DNA from: a virus
Taxonomy: Duplodnaviria; Caudoviricetes
Strand: one strand, 5' to 3'
DNA: 64,000 bases
Virus record (IMG/VR): IMGVR_UViG_3300020049_007737
Location: 1 to 64,000 of that record
Part shown: positions 59,442 to 64,000 of the stretch, piece by piece
Layout of the letters: each line of letters opens with the position of its first letter
Position numbering within the stretch: the first letter of the stretch is position 1
Made by a program: the position numbers and the translations under genes
Notes under the pieces: generated by a model
Seen by the model: the letters and a program-made list of their open reading frames with translations, nothing else
Told to the model about the DNA's origin: nothing
The model's database searches: none

Positions 59442-59449
59442 TATTTATA
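59442..59449 (+). promoter_or_regulatory. Putative late promoter box TATTTATA
   Basis: Upstream of the tail tube gene. Confidence 0.7.
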
Positions 59450-59474
59450 ACAAAACAATAAATAATTAAATAAA

Positions 59475-59963
59475 ATGGCAGTATTAGATCCAAACGAAAT
59501 ATTTTTCACCGCCTTCGAACCTAAACAACAGAATAGATTTATTATGTATGTTGACGGTATACCAGCGTATATAATCAAAGCAGTAAGTGCAGTGACGCTG
59601 ACTCAAGGAACAGTTGCTCTTAACCATATAAACGTACAACGTTTCGTTAAAGGTAAATCAACATGGGGTCCTATCACAATGACATTATTTGATCCAATCA
59701 CCCCTTCAGGTGCTCAATCAGTAATGGAATGGGTACGTTTACATCACGAATCTGTAACAGGTAGAGATGGTTATTCTGACTTCTATAAGAAAGATTTAAC
59801 AATCGATGTTTTAGGACCAGTAGGTGATATTGTATCAGAATGGATTATTAAAGGTGCTTTAATTACAGAAGCTAACTTTGGTGATTATAACTGGGATACA
59901 GACTCAACAGCTCAAAACATTACTTTAACTGTACAACCAGATTATTGTATCTTGAACTTCTAA
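59475..59963 (+). CDS. Tail tube protein (T4 gp19-like)
   Basis: Follows sheath; 'NRF', 'W.PIT.TL.D' and 'W...GA......G..NW'. Confidence 0.9.
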   Translation: MAVLDPNEIFFTAFEPKQQNRFIMYVDGIPAYIIKAVSAVTLTQGTVALNHINVQRFVKGKSTWGPITMTLFDPITPSGAQSVMEWVRLHHESVTGRDGYSDFYKKDLTIDVLGPVGDIVSEWIIKGALITEANFGDYNWDTDSTAQNITLTVQPDYCILNF

Positions 59964-59986
59964 TTAAGAAAAATAAATTTAAAGAT

Positions 59987-60016
59987 AGCTCGCAAAAAAT
60001 GCGAGCTTCTTTTTTT
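59987..60016 (+). terminator. Intrinsic terminator
   Basis: AGCTCGC-N7-GCGAGCT followed by TCTTTTTTT. Confidence 0.85.
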
Positions 60017-60022
60017 CTTATA

Positions 60023-60030
60023 TATTTATA
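60023..60030 (+). promoter_or_regulatory. Putative late promoter box TATTTATA
   Basis: Just after the terminator, before 60060. Confidence 0.7.
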
Positions 60031-60059
60031 TAGGACAATAAGTTATAACAATAAAAATT

Positions 60060-60797
60060 ATGGAAGAAAATAAATTTAGTTTCCCAACCGAGGTTGTAGA
60101 ATTACCATCAAAAGGTTTAATTTACCCTGAATCATCTCCTTTATCATCTGGAAAGCTTGAAATGAAATATATGACAGCTAAAGAAGAAGATATCTTAACA
60201 AACCAAGCATATATTCAGAAAGGTATTGTTTTAGATAAAGTATTACAATCTTTAATTGTTACTAAAATTGATTATAATGAATTGATTGTAGGTGATAAAA
60301 ATGCTATTATGGTAGCAGCTCGTGTATTGGGGTATGGTAAAGATTATTCATTCAACTATAATGGTACTGAATATGAAATTGATCTAACTCAGATCGATAA
60401 TAAACCATTTGATGAATCTCTAATAAAAAAAGGAGTAAATGAATTTAATTATGTTTTACCTACTAGTTCAACTCCAATTACATATAAACTTTTAACTCAT
60501 GGAGATGAAGAAAAATTAAAACAAGAGTTAGAAAGTTATAAAAAAATTAACAAAAACGCCTCTCCAGAATTATCAACACGTTTAAAATACATGATAACAT
60601 CAGTTAATGGAGAACGAGATCCTAAAACAATTCGAGAATTCGTAGATAATTATCTATTAGCTAAAGATTCAAGAGCATTAAGAAACCATGTAAAAGAAAC
60701 TCAACCAGATGTAGATCTCACTTTTTTTCCCGACGGAACTACAGATAGAGTCGATATTCCAATTGGGATTAAGTTTTTTTGGCCTGATTTCCAATAA
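60060..60797 (+). CDS. Baseplate hub/tail assembly chaperone (T4 gp26-like)
   Basis: 'VELPSKG..Y', 'MTAKEEDIL' and C-terminal 'FFWP'; lies between tube and tape measure genes. Confidence 0.8.
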   Translation: MEENKFSFPTEVVELPSKGLIYPESSPLSSGKLEMKYMTAKEEDILTNQAYIQKGIVLDKVLQSLIVTKIDYNELIVGDKNAIMVAARVLGYGKDYSFNYNGTEYEIDLTQIDNKPFDESLIKKGVNEFNYVLPTSSTPITYKLLTHGDEEKLKQELESYKKINKNASPELSTRLKYMITSVNGERDPKTIREFVDNYLLAKDSRALRNHVKETQPDVDLTFFPDGTTDRVDIPIGIKFFWPDFQ

Positions 60798-61077
60798 TAT
60801 TCCTAATATTCGTATTAATATATTTACTCAAATCCATGAGATAGTATTTCATGGTAAGGGTGGATATTCATGGGATACAATATACAACATGCCTAGATGG
60901 TTGCGCTTGTTTACTTTTAGTAAAATAAAAGAATTTTATGAACAAGAAAAACAAGTAGCAGAATCTAATTCTAAAGGAAGCAATACTACAACGTTGATGG
61001 ATTCATCAGGAAACGTTAATAAAGGTAAAATTCCTCAACAAGCTTTTAATTCTAAAGCTCCTACAAAATACAAATAA
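60715..61077 (+). CDS. Tail chaperone C-terminal extension, probably made by a +1/-2 frameshift
   Basis: Frame open from 60715 with no early ATG; overlaps two T7 runs; 'WDTIYNMPRWLR' motif. Confidence 0.6.
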   Translation: MSLFFPTELQIESIFQLGLSFFGLISNNIPNIRINIFTQIHEIVFHGKGGYSWDTIYNMPRWLRLFTFSKIKEFYEQEKQVAESNSKGSNTTTLMDSSGNVNKGKIPQQAFNSKAPTKYK

Positions 61078-61103
61078 ATTTATCTTTAAATATTTATTAA
61101 CAT

Positions 61104-63296
61104 ATGGCTGATAATAAAGATAAAATAAAAAAAGAAATTTTTGAGACATCTGTAATAGTACAGGATGCTTTTAGATCAATATCAGATAATATTAGTGAAA
61201 TATTTAAAGATTCTTTAGGTGTAACAGCAACTTATGCTAGAGATATAAAAAAAGATATTACAAAATCCCTAAGTTCATTAGCTCAAGTAACAACATTACT
61301 TGAAGGAAATCAAAATAAAATATTAAAAGGAGAATTAAGCAAAAGAGATATTTTAAAACAAATTGAACAAAGAGAATCAAAAATTCAAGCTATAAATGTT
61401 AGTATAGAAATAGCTAAAAAAAATCAATTAGGAAAAACAAGAGATTTAACACTTCAATTACAAAAAGCACTAGAAGCTGAAAAAGATATTAAGAATGAGT
61501 TAAATAAACAAGCAGAACAAGCAGAAAATGTTAATAAAACAATAGGAACAACAGGTGCTTTATTAAAAGGAATAGGTAAAATTCCTATCATAGGAAATCT
61601 AATTGATACTAAAACAGCATTAGAAGAAGCCGCTAACGTAGCTTCTGCTGGAGGAAGTAAATTTGCTGCGATGGGTGCTGCTCTTAAATCTGTTGGTGGA
61701 GATATTCTAAAAAATATAACTGATCCTTTAACAATAGCTATAGCATTAGGAAAATTATTTTGGGATACATTAGTAAAAGCAGATAAAGAAACGGCCCAAT
61801 TAGCTAAGGGTTTTGATATATCATACACTAATGCTTCAAAATTAAGACAAGAATTAGCAAAAACAGCAAATTCATCAGGTGATACATTTGTTAATGTTAG
61901 AGCATTACAAGAATCATTATTAGCTATTGGTAATTCTTTAGGTACTAATGCTAAATTAAATGAAAAAGATTTAACTACTTTTACTAAATTAAGAGAAGAA
62001 GCTGGTTTTACTAATGAAGAATTAGTTGAAATGGAAAAATCTACTCTATCAATGGGTGGAACTTTAGAAAGCAATACAAAACAATTCTTAGGAACTGTAA
62101 GTGCTGTTAGTGCTCAAAATAAATTAGTATTAAATGGAAAACAATTATTAAAAGAAACACTAAACGTATCAGCTGCTATTAAAGTATCTATGGGTGGTGT
62201 TGGTACTAAGTTAGCTGAGGCCGTAGTAACAGCTAAAAAATTCGGATTAACTTTAGAACAAGCAGATAAAATATCTCAAGGATTATTAAATTTTGAAGCA
62301 TCAATAGCATCAGAATTAGAAGCTGAATTACTAACAGGTAAAGATTTAAATCTTGAAGAAGCAAGAAGACTAGCATTAAATAATGATATAGCAGGAGCAG
62401 CAGCCGAAGTAGCTAAACAAGTAGGTTCATCAGCTGAATTTGCTGGTATGAATAGAATTCAACAAGAAGCAATAGCTAACTCTATTGGTTTAAGTAGAGA
62501 TGAATTAGCTAAATCATTAATTGAAAGAGAGGCTTTACAAAAAATAGGTGCAGCAGATGCTGAACAAGCAAAAAAGAAATATGATATTTTAAGACAAACA
62601 ATGACTGCTGAACAAGCAGCAGTTGCCTTAGGGGATGAAGCATATGCTAAACAGTTAGAACAAACAGGTAATGCTGAGAAAATGGCTTCTATTATTGAAA
62701 AAATTAAAGAAACATTTATCCCTATAGCACAAGACCTATTACCTAAAATATCAGAAGCATTTAAGTGGTTAGGTGATCATATTAATGCTATCAAAACAAC
62801 ATTAGGAATCATAGCTACTATTGTTGGAGTACAATTAGTAGCAGGATTAACAACAGCAATAGCTAAAACTACAATACTATTAGCTAAAAGTATTGCTACT
62901 GCCGCTGCCTGGGCTATAGCAAATCCAATTCAAGCAGCAGCCGGTTTAATAGTAGCAGGAGGTGTAGGAGCTGTTGTTTATTCTCAAATGCAAGACGGAG
63001 AAATAGACTCTAAAGGTGGACTAGTAGTATCAGGTGAAAAAGGAACATATAAATTAGATCCAAACGATCACGTAATAGCAGGTACTGAATTAGGTAAAAA
63101 TAGAGGAGGAGGATCTAATTCTAGTAATGCTATGATAGATGAATTTAGATCAATGCGTTCTGAAATAAGCAAATTAGGAAGCAGACCACTAAATGTCTCT
63201 ATTCAAGTAGACGGAAAAGAAATAGCTAAAGCAGTAGGTCAAAGTACATCTGAATACGGAACATCTTCAAGCACAAATGCTTATAGAGTTCAATAA
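61104..63296 (+). CDS. Tape measure protein
   Basis: Long A/L/K-rich helical protein after the chaperones; ATATTTATT box at 61090. Confidence 0.8.
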   Translation: MADNKDKIKKEIFETSVIVQDAFRSISDNISEIFKDSLGVTATYARDIKKDITKSLSSLAQVTTLLEGNQNKILKGELSKRDILKQIEQRESKIQAINVSIEIAKKNQLGKTRDLTLQLQKALEAEKDIKNELNKQAEQAENVNKTIGTTGALLKGIGKIPIIGNLIDTKTALEEAANVASAGGSKFAAMGAALKSVGGDILKNITDPLTIAIALGKLFWDTLVKADKETAQLAKGFDISYTNASKLRQELAKTANSSGDTFVNVRALQESLLAIGNSLGTNAKLNEKDLTTFTKLREEAGFTNEELVEMEKSTLSMGGTLESNTKQFLGTVSAVSAQNKLVLNGKQLLKETLNVSAAIKVSMGGVGTKLAEAVVTAKKFGLTLEQADKISQGLLNFEASIASELEAELLTGKDLNLEEARRLALNNDIAGAAAEVAKQVGSSAEFAGMNRIQQEAIANSIGLSRDELAKSLIEREALQKIGAADAEQAKKKYDILRQTMTAEQAAVALGDEAYAKQLEQTGNAEKMASIIEKIKETFIPIAQDLLPKISEAFKWLGDHINAIKTTLGIIATIVGVQLVAGLTTAIAKTTILLAKSIATAAAWAIANPIQAAAGLIVAGGVGAVVYSQMQDGEIDSKGGLVVSGEKGTYKLDPNDHVIAGTELGKNRGGGSNSSNAMIDEFRSMRSEISKLGSRPLNVSIQVDGKEIAKAVGQSTSEYGTSSSTNAYRVQ

Positions 63297-63302
63297 TTAC
63301 AA

Positions 63303-63310
63303 TATTTATA
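63303..63310 (+). promoter_or_regulatory. Putative late promoter box TATTTATA
   Basis: Upstream of 63327. Confidence 0.65.
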
Positions 63311-63326
63311 ATCAAAAACAAATATC

Positions 63327-63614
63327 ATGGGACTATTAGATCAATTAAAAAATACAGGTTCACCATTTAGTACAGGTAATGGTAAAACACCTCCAACTAA
63401 CCCAGGAGCAACTAAACAATCTAAATTACATGCTGATGGAAATCAAGCATCATATTCATTAAACGGAGCTAATGCTCCTGATGTTACTAAAGCATATACT
63501 GAATATAATGATGGATATAACAATGCTTTACCACAACCATCACAATTAGATTTACAAGGACAAAAACCAGTAGTTGCTGGTAAATTACCTTATTTAGATA
63601 ACCTACCAAAATAA
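63327..63614 (+). CDS. Hypothetical protein
   Basis: 95 aa, P/G-rich; 'YLDNLP' C-terminus. Confidence 0.6.
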   Translation: MGLLDQLKNTGSPFSTGNGKTPPTNPGATKQSKLHADGNQASYSLNGANAPDVTKAYTEYNDGYNNALPQPSQLDLQGQKPVVAGKLPYLDNLPK

Positions 63615-63617
63615 TAA

Positions 63618-64000
63618 ATGGGGTTAATAAACCTACTTACAAATCCGAAAAACTTTAAGTTTTATGTCGGTGGACAAGGGTACACAGGCAACGGGACACA
63701 ACCTAGCTTAACTAATATTCCTTATGGAAAGGATCAAATTGGTGGTGGAAGTAGTGGCCAACCCTATATCCAAATTCCTATTCCTGATAATGTAAGTAGT
63801 TTAGGATTAGCAAATAATGATTTTATTCTTAGAGGTGGAACATTATCTATAGAAAATGCTGCTGTTGATGCTTTAAGATTAACCAAAATGTTTTTAGATA
63901 CTAAATCACCTAACGGTTTATTATTTATTGCTAAACAACAATTACTATCTCGTACAGCTGTTCGTACTCAAACAAGCGGTGTATTAAATGAAGGTGGATA
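63618..64000 (+). CDS. Tail/baseplate-hub region protein, 3'-truncated
   Basis: ATG 63618, open to the window end (MGLINLLTNPKNFKFYVGG...). Confidence 0.65.
   Translation, partial: MGLINLLTNPKNFKFYVGGQGYTGNGTQPSLTNIPYGKDQIGGGSSGQPYIQIPIPDNVSSLGLANNDFILRGGTLSIENAAVDALRLTKMFLDTKSPNGLLFIAKQQLLSRTAVRTQTSGVLNEGG

Noticed and set aside
8379-62074. All minus-strand ORFs in the track (e.g. 37193-37900, 61454-62074, 24144-24536, 24457-24879)
   Set aside because: They are antisense shadows of well-supported + strand genes, with low-complexity S/F/L-rich translations and no motifs or leaders.
1-64000. Stop-codon reassignment, tRNA or rRNA genes
   Set aside because: Genes are full length in the standard code, TAG and TGA both terminate genes (e.g. 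48341, 14253), and no intergenic gap shows a cloverleaf.

Overview
The whole 64 kb window is an AT-rich, densely coding segment of a large T4-like (myovirus) phage. All credible genes are on the + strand. Gene order: baseplate wedge genes (0.3-12 kb); primase and a PD-(D/E)XK exonuclease; a ~17 kb accessory block of mostly unknown proteins (two Pol-beta-type nucleotidyltransferases, a HAD phosphatase, a TM+GAF holin candidate, an Hc1-like DNA-binding protein, an FAD oxidoreductase split by a GIY-YIG endonuclease, a P-loop kinase); terminase, portal, protease, scaffold and major capsid; an amidinotransferase-Psd-PhoH cassette; neck genes; repeat-rich fibre genes; then sheath, tube, a frameshifted tail chaperone and the tape measure protein. 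Two promoter-like motifs partition the genes. ATATTTATA (about 20 intergenic copies, the exact reverse complement of the T4 late box) precedes virion operons. TTG-N19/20-TATATT (Bacteroidota-like) precedes enzyme operons. With the absence of Shine-Dalgarno sites, this points to a Bacteroidota host. The most interesting candidate system is an inferred capsid-cargo programme. Many late-expressed accessory proteins share short amphipathic leaders and (I/L)-x-E sites like T4 prohead-protease sites. One of them looks like an enzyme polyprotein with such a site at every domain junction, and one passenger ORF starts with a copy of the scaffold C-terminal motif. All functional calls come from motif reading only; no searches were run.
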